Below are positions 36,201-49,487 of a stretch of DNA of 64,000 nt, in pieces. The notes below the pieces were generated by a model. That model saw only the letters and a list, made by a program, of their open reading frames with translations. It did not search any database and was not told the origin of the DNA. The position numbers were made by a program, and so were the translations under genes. The stretch covers positions 48,360,001 to 48,424,000 of the forward strand of contig JAGIQG010000008.1 in the NCBI GenBank assembly GCA_024679065.1. Direction: 5' to 3'. The first letter of the stretch is position 1. The number at the start of each line of letters is the position of its first letter. This DNA is from Sphyrna mokarran. Its lineage: Eukaryota.

Positions 36201-39200
36201 TGGGAAAGCATCTCGGGAATGGTGATCATAATTCTATCACCTTCACGATAGCATTGGAAAGAGATAGGATCAGGCAGGATCAGAAGGTGTTTATCTGGAT
36301 TAGGGGGAAATATGAAATCATCAAGCAGGAAATTGGAAGTGTAAACTGGAAGGAGGTGTTTTTGGGGAAAAGTACTGAAGGAAGGTGGCGGATTTTCAAG
36401 GAATGCACGACAACGTTCTGGTGAGACAGAGAGGTTTTGATAGGTCGAGAGAACCGTGGTGCACAAAGGTTGTGATGAACCTAGTTAGGAAGAAAAGAAA
36501 GTTGTACAATAGGTTCAGGGAGCTAGGAGATGTTAAGGATCTAGAGGCGTATAGGACTTGTAGAAGGGAGCTTAAAAAGGAAATTCGAAGAGCCAGAAGG
36601 AGTCACGAGAAGGCTTTGGCGGGTAGGAGTAAGGAAAATCCCAAAGCATTCTACAAATATGTGAAGAGTAAAAGGATGAGAAGAGAAGGGATAGGACCTA
36701 TAAAAGGTGAAGGGGGAAAAGTCTGTGTGGAACCAGAAGAAATGGCAGAGGTGCTTAATAAGTACATTGCCTCAGTATTCACAGTGGAAAGTGATCAGGG
36801 GGGTTGTACTACAGGATTGCAGCAAATGAAAAGATTGAGTATGTGGACATTAAGAAAGAGGAGGTGTTGGAACTGTTAACATAGAACATAGAACATAGAA
36901 CAATACAGCACAAACAGGCCCTTCGGCCCACGAGTTGCACTGATCACATCTACCAATCCACAGACCTATCTATAACCCCCTATCCTATTCGTTTCCACAT
37001 ACTCATCCAGAAGTCTTTTAAAAGACCCCAGCAAGTTTGCCTCAACAACCTCTGATGGCAGCCGATTCCATTCACTCACCACCCTCTGAGTGAAAAACTT
37101 ACCCCTATCATCTCCTCTGTATTTGCTTCCCTGTACCTTAAATCTGTGTCGTCTCATAGTGACCATTTCAGCTCGGGGAAATAGTCTCAGAGAGTCCACC
37201 CTATCCATTCCTTTCAACATTTTATAAACCTCTACCAGGTCGCCTCTCAACCTACGTCTCTCCAGTGAGAAGAGTCCCAGCTCCCTCAACCTATCTTCAT
37301 AAGGCCTGCCTCCCAATCCAGGCAGCATCCTTGTAAATCTCCTCTGAACTCTCTCAATAGCCTCTACATCCTTCTATAATGAGGCGACCAGAACTGCGCA
37401 CAATACTCCAACTGGGGTCTGACAAGAGTCTTATAGAGCTGCATCATTACCTCCTGACTCCTAAACTCTATTCCTTGATTAATGAAGGCCAGTACACTGT
37501 ACGCCTTCTTGACCACTTCCTCCACCTGCGAGGCCGATTTAAGAGTCTTATGTACCTCGACCCCGAGGTCCTTCTGCTCTACAACACAGCTAAGACTCCT
37601 ACCCCTTATATTGTACTCCTTCATCCCATTATTCCTGCCAGAATGGACCACTACACATTTATCTGCGTTGAAGTCCATCTGCCACTTCTCCGCCCAGTCT
37701 TGCATCCTAAATTCCATCAAGGTTAAATGCCATCAAGGTAGATAAGTTGCCAGGTCCAGATGGGATGTACCCCAGATTACTGTGAGAGATGAGGGAAGTG
37801 ATTGCAGAGCGCCTGGCGATGATCTTTGCGTCGTCAATGGACATGGGAGAGGTTCCGGAAGATGGGAGGATTGCGGACGTGGTGCCTATTTTCAAGAAGG
37901 GGAACAGGGATAGCCCGGCAATTACCGACCAGGGAGTCTGACCTCAGTGGTCGGTAAGTTGATGGAGTGGATTCTGAGAGATAGGATTTATGAGCATTTA
38001 GAGAAGTTCAATATGATCAGAAAGAGTCAACACGGCTTTGTTAAGGGCAGATCGTGTCTTACGAGCCCAGTCGAGTTCTTCAAAAATGTGACAGAACACA
38101 TTGACGAAGGAAGAGCAGTGGACGTGGTTTACATGGATTTCAGCAAGGTGTTTGATAAGGTCCCCCATGCAAGACTTCTTGAGAAGGTGAGAGGGCATGG
38201 GATCCAAGGGGCTTTGGCCTTGTGGATCCAGAACTGGCTTGCCTGCAGAAGGCAGAGAGTAGTTGTGGATGGGTCTTCTTCTGCATGGAGGTCAGTCGCC
38301 AGTGGAGTGCTCCAGGGATCTGTTCTAGGACCCTTGCTGTTTGTTATTTTCACAAATGACCTGGATGAGGAAGTGGAGGGATGGGTTAGTAAGTTCGCCA
38401 ACGATACAAAGGTTGGTGGTGTTGTGGATAGTCTGGAGGGATGTCTGAAGTTGCAGCGAGACATAAATAGGATGCAAGACTGGGCGGAGAAGTGGCAGAT
38501 GGACTTCAATGCGGATAAATGTGTGGTGGTCCATTTTGGCAGGACCAATGGGATGAAGCATTATAGTATCAAGGGTAGGAGTCTTGGCAGTGTTGAGGAG
38601 CAGAAGGATCTTGGGGTCCGGGTCCATAGGAGTCTTAAATCTGCTCCGCAAGTGGAGGATGTGGTCAAGAAGGCAGATGGTGTACTGGCCTTCATTAATT
38701 GAGAGATTGAGTTTAGGAGTCGGAGGTAATGATGCAGCTTTATAAGACCCTTGTCAGACCCCACTTGGAGTACTGTGTGCAGTTCTGGTGGCTTCACTAT
38801 AGGAAGGATGTGGAAGCTATTGAGAGGGCGCAGCGGAGATTTACAAGGATGTTGCCTGGATTGGGGGGCATGCCTTATGAAGATAGGTTGAGAGAGCTAG
38901 GTCTCCTCCCTGGAGAGACGAAGGTTGAGAGGCGACCTGATAGAGGTTTATAAGATGTTGAGAGGAATAGATAGAGTGGATTCTTGGAGGCTATTTTCCA
39001 GGGCTGAAATGGTCACTACGAGAGGACACAGGTTTAAGGTGCTAGGGGGCAAGTACAGAGGAGATGTTAGAGGTAAGTTTTTCACTCTGAGGGTGGTGAG
39101 TGTATGGAATCGGCTGCCGTCAGTGGTGGTAGAGGCGAACTCGCTGGGGTCTTCTAAGAGACTTGTGGATGAGTACATGGGATGTAATGGGATTGGGAGT

Positions 39201-39290
39201 TACAGATAGTTCTATGGCCTGGTAAGTACAGATTTGATCGGCACAACTTGTGGGCCGAAGGGCCTGTTTGTGCTGTAGTGTTCTATTTCT
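36201..39290 (+). mobile_element. 5'-truncated CR1 (end of EN, full RT, short 3' UTR), disabled
   Basis: LGNGDHN, KENPKAFYKY; ORF 37947-38702 with QHGF, DFSKVFD, GVLQGSVLGP, FAND; ~80-nt 3' UTR with hairpin. Confidence 0.92.
36880..37707 (-). mobile_element. Inverted CR1 3' fragment of the same family nested in the 36201-39290 copy
   Basis: Minus ORFs MQDWAEKWQMDFNADKC and MLPGLGGRPYEDRL; (CATAGAA)n tail at 36880-36900. Confidence 0.92.
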
Positions 39291-40199
39291 ATGTTCTCCT
39301 TGTGTCTGCATAGGTTTCCTCTGGGTGTTCCTGTTTCCTCCCACAGTCCGAAAGATGTACTGGTTAGGTGCATTGGCCATGCTAAATTCTCCCTCAATGT
39401 ACCCTGTAGGTGCTGGAATATGACGAGTAGGGGATTTTCACAATAACTTCATTGCAGGGTTACGTAAGCCTACTTGTGATAATAATAAATAAACTTAAGC
39501 TTCAATGTGTTAGGAAGGCCCTTCAAAAAATGGCTGCACATTTCAGCTTCACGAATATAATTAGTTACCTCTAGCATAATCATTCCATTTCAAATCCAAG
39601 AGAAGCACATTTAAGATATTTGATCCCAGTCACACAGCAATTATTTCACTATTACTGTAAAGCAGCTTTACACCAGGAAGCTGTGACAGAAATCTAAATC
39701 TCAAGTCAGAAAGGAAGACAGATTATCAAAACAAACTACCACTCATAAAGACTTCTTAGGACTGCAAATATGATGCTGATTTCAGTACATCTTACTGAGG
39801 ACCACAAGACCATAACTGAATACAAAACTATTTTTAATACTGACCCACCAATGCATTGTTTAGAGTGGAAAATCATTGATCAATCAGCTGAATAACTTCA
39901 GCCAGCAGACTGCATTACAAGAATAATAGTTCGGGGACACCAGGATATTCCTGGGTTTGTGGTCACTGATCTGGGGTTACGGTCTGCCTGCAAGGTTCTG
40001 ATCCAAAGGGATCGACGTCCTGTTGAGAGCTTCAGTATTACATACCACCACGTAACGCGAGAGTGGTTTCTGCTGTGCTGTAATGCAGAAAGCAAACTGT
40101 AACCACAGCTGAACCTACTTCAGATCAGGACTTCTACCCAACCATAACTGAGAGCCACTTGAAGATTGAGAAGAATTTGGTGAATGCTGCTGAGGAAAG

Positions 40200-40527
40200 T
40201 CAATTCCTCCTCTGACTGAGAATGGAGGGAGCTGATGTATAGATCTCTGCAATGCGCAAGATTCTGCCGTCGACTGAGATTGAGAGGGGGTGCAGGCAAT
40301 TTAACTTCATTCCGTCTGCATCACCCAGTTGGAATGTAAAATTAATTGGTATTGCTGAATCCAAATGCTGGAACTCTGTACCTAATGCTGTTGTTGGAGC
40401 AGCTTTGCCGTGTCCTCGACAGCAGTTCAAGGGGTAGGTCCACCACTACACTATTGAGGGTGATTAGGAATGGCCAATTAATGCTGGATATGCTAGAATC
40501 CCATATTCTGAGATTGAATAATAAAAG
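40200..40527 (+). mobile_element. Old 3' end of a LINE related to the 4975-6170 family
   Basis: CWNSVPNAVVG and tail TTAGGAATGGCCAATTAATGCTGG..AATAATAAAA. Confidence 0.6.
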
Positions 40528-41367
40528 CACCACATGTTTCCTTACTGAAATGCTTGTTGATATAGTTCTGTCTATAGCTTGTGCACATAGTTCTCCAAAT
40601 AATTATGAGTTTGAAGAAAAGTACTGGATCAAATAGAGGAAAACCAGGCTGATGGAATGCTCTGCTTGGTCAGACATTAGACTAATCAGAATTGCTACTC
40701 CAATCCAGATATTTGCTCTCTCTGTTTATATTGCGAACGGTTTTCTGAATTAGGGGAAATATGCTACTTCTGTCCTTCCGTGCAGCTATTTTTTCTACTT
40801 ACATGGGTTGCTGCATAGGGCCTGACTCTTGGCAGAGGAATTTAATGAAAAGCCAAGAAAGTTTATGAACACAGGTCTCATGTCAGTTTTACTACATTGA
40901 CCAGACACACAGCTGCAATATCAGAAGAGTGTTGCAATGTCAGAAATACTGTCCATGTGATAAGACTTTAATTGGAGGCCTGTTTTTCTGTTTAGTTGCC
41001 ATGGTACAATCCGATGTTCTTCTGGTGCTCAGGCTAAGATATCTTCCTCAACAGATGGGGAGGTTAGTTAATCCTACATCTATTGCCGCTTATGGGGATG
41101 TTGCTTATTGCAAAACGGCCACTTTGTTTTAAAGTCACTGGAGCTCTGAGAATCTGTTTGAGCAATTTTGAGAGTTACGTTAAAATGTTGAGTACTTGTT
41201 TGATATGTATATATGGTGTTTTGTGATGTTGGTGTTTGCAGTTATTCTCACAGTGTGCCTGTTTTCCTTTAGGCCTTTTCTTTATAACATGATGTGGTCC
41301 ATTCGATCATTATCAAAACTTGTTTGCGTCTTGGTCCCTTCACTGATTATTTACTTGATCGTAGAAG

Positions 41368-41692
41368 ATCATGGAATCCCTACAGTGCAGAAAGAGGCCA
41401 TTTGGCCCATTGAGCCTGCATTGACAACAATCCCAAACAGGCCCTATTCTCTTAACCTCCTGTATATATCCCTAATATATACTCCTAGTGCCCCTGAAAT
41501 TAAGGTCAAGTTAGCATGGTTAAATCCACCTAACCCGCACATTTTTGGAGTATGTGAGAAAAACGGAGCACCTGGGAGAAACCCATGCAGATACGGGGAG
41601 AAGGTGCAAACTCCACACAGTCGTCCAAGTCCGGAATTGACCTCGAATCCCTGCACTGTGAGGCAGCAGTGCTAACTATTGTGACACTGTGT
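41368..41692 (-). mobile_element. HE1-like V-SINE with CR1-type tail
   Basis: Complete head, V domain and tail. Confidence 0.85.
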
Positions 41693-41747
41693 CGTCCAAT
41701 GCACTTAGAACACAACTTTTTATTAAGTACTGTTTTTAAATTAATTA

Positions 41748-41838
41748 TGCATAAGCAGGATGTGTCTGCTCTGTGTGATCATTTTTGCAGGATTTTTGCA
41801 TAAGCAGGATGTATCTGCTCTGTGTGATCATTTTTGCA
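41748..41838. repeat. 42-bp direct duplication with 7-bp spacer
   Basis: TGCATAAGCAGGATGT(G/A)TCTGCTCTGTGTGATCATTTTTGCA occurs twice. Confidence 0.9.
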
Positions 41839-42639
41839 AGTGCACACTTCAAAATTTATTGCTGTGAATTAAAGAAACAAGGCTTTCTGTCAGAGCCGCT
41901 ACAGTCTAGTCAGCACATAAGCATATTACTTTGTAACTTTTTCCCCCTCATATGGTGGCATTTAATCACCATCCCCCCACCCCACAAAGTTTGGAAATGT
42001 TGATACAGAGAGTGCTCTTTCAGACTCCAAATGAAATATGGAAAAGCCCTCTTGTTTGTTAACAATAAGCACTCTCTCAATGCTACAGCGCCAATAGACA
42101 GGGAACATGATAATGTAGGCTGACTTAATAGTTTCTAAAACAGACTGTAGATGCCTTTGAGACGAATCATGCACTTGAGTGGTGCAGGACATAGCACCAT
42201 TTCTAACAGTACTGCTGGCACTCTGATGGAACTTGAAACTACGCCTCGACAATGATATTTGTAAGCTATGCTCAGTGGCATGTCTTACAGAAGGGTGGTA
42301 CTATGATACTATTGTGCCCGTAATTATTGTCCATTTAATGCTTAGAAATTTTCCAGCTCATTCTTTTAAAGAAAATCCTCCTTACATTAATTCTCAGGCT
42401 TTTTTTAAAAAAGTGCACCTAATTGAACCCCAAATTGCAAAAAGTTTGTTGGAATTTATGGTAATAGACAATGACTTCAACCCAGATGAATATGTAAGGA
42501 ATTCCCATGTAGGGGCTTGCTGCTATGTAGATTTAGACTGATTCATAAAAATGGCTTTTGAGAATTTTTTTTTAACAGCGCTTGGCTAAAACTGCTTATT
42601 GTGATCTGAATTCTTTGAGTGCTTATATTTCTCTTAGAA

Positions 42640-44238
42640 ATTCCCCGATGAGTACAAAGCGTTCTGTGCACATTTTGAACAAGAGGTCAGCGAGAGCACA
42701 CCCTCCATCTCGGAATCCTCAGATGAACCTGTATCCTAGTCACCATTGTTGATATCAGAGCAGCCTTCTCAAAGGTCAACCCAGGAAAGCAACTGGCCCA
42801 GATGGATACCCGGACGGGCATGCAAGTACTGTGGAGGTCAGTTGGTCTGGGGTATTCACAGACATCTTCTACATTTACATCAATTTGAGATCCCTACCTG
42901 CTCTAAGAAGCTGGCCATCATCCAAAGAAAGGTCAGGCAGTGTGCCTTAAAGACTATCATCCAGTGGTTCTGACATCCACCATTATGAAATGCTTTAAAA
43001 GGTTAGTCATGGTACAAATCAATTCCTGCCTCCCAGACTGTCTGGATCCACTACATTGTGTCTATCACCTCTACAGATCCACAGCATATGCCATCTCCTT
43101 GGTCCTGCACTCAACCCTGGAAAATCTAGATAATAAAGGCACTTATATCAGACTCCTTTTCATAGATTACAGTTCAGTTTTTAACACCATTATTCTATGA
43201 GATTCATCTCCAAGCTTTGTGGCCTGGCACTCAGCTCCTCCCTTTGCGACTGGTTCCTTGAACTTCCTAGCCCATAGGTTGCAGTCAGTAAGGATCAGCA
43301 ACAACATTTCCTCCATGCTCATCCTCAACACCGGTGTTCTGCAAGGCTGTGTCCTCAGCCCCTTACAATACTCTTTATATACCTCTGACTGTGTGGCCAA
43401 ATTCCCCTCCAATTTGATTTTCAAATTTGCTGATGACACTACTGTAGTGGGTTGGATCTCAAACAATGACGAGATACAGTACAGGAAGGAGATAGAGAAT
43501 TTGATGTACTGATGCAAAGACGACAATCTCTCCTCAATTTCAACAAAACGAAGGAGATAATCATCAACTTCAGAAATCATAGTAGAGAGCATGTCCTGTT
43601 TACATCAATGGAGGTGAAGAAGAAATAGTCAAGAGCTCCAAGTTTTTAGGTGTCCACATCACCAACAACCTGTCCTGGTCCCTCTATGCAGAAGATATAG
43701 TTAAGAAAGTCCATTAACATCTCTAATTTCTCAGGAGACTAAGGAATTTTGGCATGTCTGCTACAACTCTCACCAACTTCTGTAGATGCACTATAGAAAG
43801 CATTCTTTCTGGTTGTATCACAGCTTGGTATGGTTCCTGCTCTGTCAAAGAAACTACAAAGGGGTCATGAATGAAGTCCAGTCCATCATTCAAACCAACC
43901 TCCCATCCATTGACACTGTCTACACTTCTTGCTGCCTCGGAAAAGCAAAATCAAGGACCCCACGCACTCCAAACATAGTTTCTTCAACCTTCTTGAATCA
44001 GGAAGAAGATGCAAAAGTCTGAGGACAGGTACCAACTTCTTCCCTGCTGCCATCAGACTTTTGAATGGACCTACCTTGTATTAAGTTGATTTTTCTCTAC
44101 AGCTATACTTGTAACACTTCATTCTGCACCCTCTCCTTTCCTTCCCAATGTATGGTATGCTTTGTCTGAGCAATGTGCAAGAAACAATACTTTTCAATAT
44201 ATACTAATAAATGTGACAATAAATCAAATCAAATCAAA
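42640..44238 (+). mobile_element. Rex1/Babar-type LINE (RT and 3' UTR), disabled
   Basis: LKDYHPVVLTSTIMKCFKRLV, LDPL, RST..AIS..LH, RLLFIDYSSVFNTI, GVLQGCVLSP, KFADDTTVVG; ends TGTGACAATAAA(TCAAA)n. Confidence 0.88.
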
Positions 44239-44734
44239 TGAATATTATACTCTTGGATCATATTATTAAGTGTATTTTTTGACATAGGCATTAGTTCATT
44301 AAGTATCTGGTTAAATAATGTATATGAAGGAAGTTAATTTCAATTAACTAAAAAATCTGGACCAAAAAGCTGGTCTCAGTGAGGCCAAAATTACTGGATT
44401 GTTATAAAAACCCTTCTAGTTCACAGACATGTATAGAAGGATCATTTGTATCCAAAATATGAATTCTGTTTCACTCTCCACAACTGCTCCCAGACCTGCT
44501 GAACTTATCCAGCATTTTCTGTTTTTATATTACTAATGTCCTTTTGAGGTGGAAAACCAAATGAAACATCTGGCATTGACCTAGATGTTGGATATGACAA
44601 AAACACACTTAGTCAGTTGACACTGCAAAGTCTTCATTTGGAAATGTGCCAAAAAATTGGGAGACCTATCAAGTAACAGCTCACAAATCAGTTCTGTGGA
44701 TACATTGGATAAACTATAACTGTTCTCCTCAAGA

Positions 44735-45357
44735 ATCATAGAATCCCTACAGTGCAGGAGGCCTTTTGGCCCATCAAGTCTGCACCAACATTTAATGGAG
44801 GTATTCAAAGTCATGAGGTGTCTAAGCAAAGTAGAGAGAGAGAAACTGTTCCCATTGGTGAAAGAGTTGAGAACCAGAGGTTACCAATAGAAAAAGAATG
44901 GTAAAAGAACCAACAGTAACTTTTTTCTAATGTAGTGAAATGTTTGGATGTGGGATTTATTTAGTTAATTGAATATACTGTCTGACAGTATGATGGAAAT
45001 AGATGCAAAGTTTTCAAAAGTGAATGGGATAAGTGTGTGATGAGCAAAGGTTTGCAGAGGTGCAAGCATTAGGCAGTAGAGTGAGACCAGCTGGGTTGTT
45101 CATGCAGCGACCTGCTTTAGACATCATGGGTTAATGGTCCAGTCTGGGATTCTAGATGGAAATGCTTGTGGATTAATGTCATCATAAGGACTTTCCATTC
45201 ATTCAAGTGTTAGTTACTTAGTATTCCAGGATGCATAGGTTAGAGGGATTTGTGGGTAAATATGTGAGGTTACAGAGATAGGGCTGGGGTGGGATTGTTG
45301 TCAGTGCAGACTCAATGGGCTGAATGGCCTCTTTCTGCGCGATATGGTTTCTATGAT
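44735..45357. mobile_element. Cluster of fragments: SINE tail (-), CR1 3' piece (+), SINE tail (+)
   Basis: CATAGAATCCCTACAG at ~44737, EVFKVM at ~44798, GCAGACTCAATGGGCTGAATGGCC at ~45306. Confidence 0.65.
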
Positions 45358-46170
45358 GAAACAAATCTGTTGATCATTACAATTTTAATTACTATCCTCC
45401 TCTGGTTTTGGCATTATATGTACATTGTAGCAATTTTTTACTGGATTTTTTTCCAAGTTATCTTGTGTCACAAAATACTGAAATAATCTCTGATGTTCAA
45501 CTATTTTGCCCCACAAGGGGGCAATAAGTGTAATCTATTCGGGTGCTGAAATCTTTCACTGAAAGAATAACTCCGAGAAGGGAACATGTGCCAGCAGCCC
45601 AAACCCGCAGCCTGGCAAGATGTGAATCAGGAGGCTTGAATGTTTAGAACTGGTCATCTCAAGTATTGTAAGTGCAATATGCTCAGAACGTTCCTTTTCT
45701 GTGACAATATATACTTTGTACAAATAGCTTGTGCAACTGTCAGTATCGTTTGCCACGCTTAACCCAGTGAGCAAAATGCTCGAAAACTTGACTGTAAGAG
45801 GTGTGAGGTAACTGCATTTTAAAATAAAAACACCTTAAATATGAATGGATTCTAGAAGATGTTACAATGTTCAGAGTTAGAAGAGAAAACAGCAGACCAG
45901 AGCCATAGTGAAGTCCATGAAACTGTTCATCTTCAAATATCCCATAGGGCTAATAATCTCAGAAGAGAACAAAGCATATCTGACAAGATACTTCTGTCAG
46001 AGTTTCCAAGACCATCCTAGCAAATGGAGGGTGAAGATAATCATTCCCACTGAAGCAAAAGAAAGATGAGAGATCACAAGGTATTTCTGATAAACCTCCT
46101 CTGAGCTGGATGCAAAATTCTATGAAAGGCTATCAAATTCATGAGCAGTTCTCCTCATGTGATTAATGCA

Positions 46171-46899
46171 GCGGGCTTAGGGTGAGGGGGATAAGGTATA
46201 ATTTGGATGCTAGAGAGAGTTTTTTCACACAGAGGGTGGTGGGGGTATGGAATGCGCTGCCAAGTAAAGTGCTGGAGGCAGGTACTCTGGAGTTATATAA
46301 GAAATACTTAGATGGGCACATGAACAGAATGGGAATGGACGGGTATAGAAAACTGATTTAAAATAGGGATCATGAGTCTTGGAAGTCCCTGGGACGTGTG
46401 TAAATAGATGATGATATTGATGTACTTGTTTTTATCTTCGAGGTGCTTTGGTCCACCTTGTTGTCTAACGAGGGGCATACACGGGATGGGTTGTGAGAGG
46501 GCTGCTCTTGGATTTTTTCGAGAGTATCCTAGTGCTTCACGTCGTTGCTGTACGCTTGACCTGGACCATTTGATGGGCAACACGACAGCTCAGTGACTAT
46601 CGCTGTGCTGTGCAGATGCATGGATTTGGGCCTATGTCTGTGCGAGTTTGCGCATTCTCCCCGTGCTTGCGTGGGTTTTCTCCGGGTGCTCCGGCTTCCT
46701 CCTACATCCCAAAAATGTGTTCTTAGGCTAATTGGCAAAACAAATTCTCCCTAAATTGTCTCAAATTTGGTTTTTAATCCATGGATCTATAAACACAGAC
46801 AGGGATCACGGGTAGAGATGGGAGCATCGGGGTGGCAGCGTGGTCTCATTGGGCCGAAGGGCCTGTTTCCCGTGCTGTTTTGTTCTTTGTTCTTTGTTC
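46171..46899 (+). mobile_element. 5'-truncated copy of the chimeric-3'-UTR CR1
   Basis: Near-identical to 21764-22487, including the ORF2 end, long UTR and (TTCTTTG)n tail. Confidence 0.92.
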
Positions 46900-46904
46900 T
46901 ACAT

Positions 46905-47305
46905 GTCTTAGGCCCAGTTATCTTTAGTTCCGTTGTCACTGACCTTTCTTCCAAAATAAGGTCAGAAGTAGGGATGTTCACCCATGGTTATATATTGATT
47001 AGCACCATTTGTGACTCCTCAGCTACTGAAGCAGTCCATGTCCATACTGCAGCAAGACCTGGACAATGTCCTGTCTTGGGCTGAAAAGTGGCAAGTAACA
47101 TTTATATCATGCAAGTACCAGTCAAAAACATTTCCATCTAGAGAGAAGCTAACCCTTTGATATTTAATGGAGTCACCGTCACTAAATTCTTCATTATCAA
47201 CTTTTTGGAGGTTACCATTGGCCAGGAAACCGAACTGGACTAACCATATAATTACTGTGGCTACAAAAGCAGGTCAGAGGATAGAAATTGTGAAGCCAAC
47301 AACTC
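46905..47305 (+). mobile_element. Fragment of the 4975-6170 type LINE
   Basis: IRSEVGMFT..STICDSS.TEAVHV matches ORF 5140-5490. Confidence 0.75.
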
Positions 47306-47309
47306 ACTG

Positions 47310-47610
47310 CCTGGTTACATCACCAACTTCATGCCCAGTTACGGCACCAGCGTGCAGCCCTGGTTACATCTAGCTCACTCCCTATTTACAGCACTAACTT
47401 CACTGCCCACTTACAGTACCAACCTCACTGCCCAATTATAGTACCAACCTCACTACCCAATTATAGTACCAACCTCACTGCCCAATTGCAGCGCCAGCCT
47501 CACTGCCCAGTTACAGCACCAGCACGTGGCCCCGGTTACACCTGGCTCATTGCCCAGTTACAGTATCAACCTCACTGCCCAGTTACAGCATGAGCCACAC
47601 TGCCCAGTGA
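47310..47610. repeat. ~25-bp minisatellite
   Basis: Tandem CCTCACTGCCCAGTTACAGTACCAA variants. Confidence 0.85.
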
Positions 47611-48109
47611 TTTCAGCAACACTTTCTGAAACAAAGTAGAAAGAATTCCAAAACATTCCTGGAGGCGCAATGGTAAAGAATGTCCTGGTTTGACCATAAT
47701 CTGTATGAAAATAAGGCAACAAGTAATTAACATTTTCACATTTATCACGCATTTAAAAAAAACATTTTGATTTAGATGCCAAGTTCTTGGACATTTTCTG
47801 ATGTGAAAATCTACACTACTGATCATTAATTATTTTGTTGCTTTGCAAACTGCTGTTTTCTTTTGAATCGCCTTTTTGTTTTCCTTCTGTTCTTTTCATT
47901 ATTCCTATGACTCAGCGGAAAAGTGTTTGAGTGTTCCACCATATCCTGTGCCCACTGTTACACTCCCCTCAGCTCTCAGCTTTCGTTAAGACTCAGCAAT
48001 CTGATTTCTGGCTATTGTGGAGGCTTTCTCTTCCTTTCTCCCTTTTACTTGCTCTTCCAGTTTTTTTTTGTCTTTTTACAGTCACTCCTGAAGACCCTCA
48101 CCAGCACAG

Positions 48110-48306
48110 AAAATAGTTGTGGCCAAATGTTGTCTGATTTCAAGAAGAAATTAGAGGTAGTTCTTGGGGCTAAAGGGATCAAGAAATATAGGGGTGAAAA
48201 GGGATCAGAACATTAAATGCGATGATCAGCTATATCAAACTGAGTAGCAAAGCAGGCTCGAAGGGCAGAATGGCCTCCTCCTGCCTTTGGTTTCAGTGAT
48301 TCTATG
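48110..48306 (+). mobile_element. CR1 3' end
   Basis: FKKKLE..L..KGIK.Y and hairpin GCAGGCTCGAAGGGCAGAATGGCCTCC. Confidence 0.75.
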
Positions 48307-49024
48307 ACCCTTATCATGAGTGGAGGAGTGCAACAAAATGGCCATTATCTCTTCTTAGAGGAAGCTTTGAAGGGAGAGTGTGGAGAAAAGCCATTGTGTG
48401 GAGGAGGGGGATGTTTTGTGGTGGGCTGGGAGTTCTGTGGTAAGATGGGAGTTCTTATTTTATTTAGGGCTGGGGTCCTTGCGATTGTTGATTTCTTCTC
48501 TCCGGCAACCTTCGTTATATTTTCTAACTAGGCAATGGGCACTGATATACAAATAAAAGACATAACTTGTACCTACAAATCAGGATTCCATTTTCCTTTT
48601 GGTGGAAGTTACAGCATTGGTACAGAAATAGTGCTGTGATGTTTGTGGCTACTTATTTTTTTAGTTACAGAAACGTGACATAATAAATGAGTGGCTCATG
48701 AATACAGTGAAAAATCACATTACGTTGAATTCACAACACAGGATCATTCGGCTCAACTGGTCTCTGCCGGTATGTTTGCTCCAACAGCCCCCCTTCCATC
48801 CTCTCCATCTAAATATATGCAGGTATCGTTCCATTCTTTTCCATCTTATTGCTTACTCAGTTTTTCCTTGATTGTATCAATACTCTTCATCTCAGTTGTC
48901 CCAGGATTTATATTCCATCCACTCTCTGGGTAAAGATCATTCTTCTGAATTTCTCATTGATTTATCAGTGGCTATTATATTTAAAGTCCTCTCAGTTTGA
49001 ATTTGTCCACAAGTGGATACACAT

Positions 49025-49365
49025 ATCTATCCTATTGGAGACATAATGGCACAGTGGTGAGCACTGCTGCCTCATAGCGCCAGGGATTCCGGTTCAATTC
49101 TGGCCTTGGGTCATTGTCTGTGTGGAGTTTGCTCATTTTTCCTGAACCTGCATGGGTTCCCTCCAGGTGCTCTGGTGTCCTCCCAGTCCAAAGATGTGCA
49201 GGTTAGATTGATTGGCCATGACAAATTAACCCTAGTGTCTGGTGATTAGCAGGGTAAGTATGTGGGGTTACAGGAATAGACCCTGGGCAAGATTGTGGGT
49301 TGATGCAGACTTGAGGAACCAAATGGCCACCTTCTGCACTGTAGGGATTCTATACATTCTATTCT
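49025..49365 (+). mobile_element. HE1-like V-SINE with CR1-type tail
   Basis: A-box TGGCACAGTGG, B-box GGTTCAATTC, V domain and tail. Confidence 0.85.
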
Positions 49366-49487
49366 ATCAAAGCCCTTCATATTTTAAAGACTTGCATGAG
49401 GTTACTATGTAGCCTTCAGTTCTCTCGAGAATAGAGCTCCAGGCTATCCAGTCTTCCATAATAGGCATAATATTGCAATACTGATAG

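Larger units (their letters stand above)
36103..39495 (+). mobile_element. V-SINE (alternative tail) split into 36103-36200 and 39291-39495 by a CR1
   Basis: Head on the left, V domain and tail on the right; ATGTTCT duplicated at 36194-36200 and 39291-39297. Confidence 0.85.

Noticed and set aside
41196-41675. 159-aa hydrophobic ORF with an acceptor-like TTTTCCTTTAG
   Set aside because: The C-terminal two thirds is an antisense SINE, and the N-terminus is T-rich sequence with no recognisable homology.
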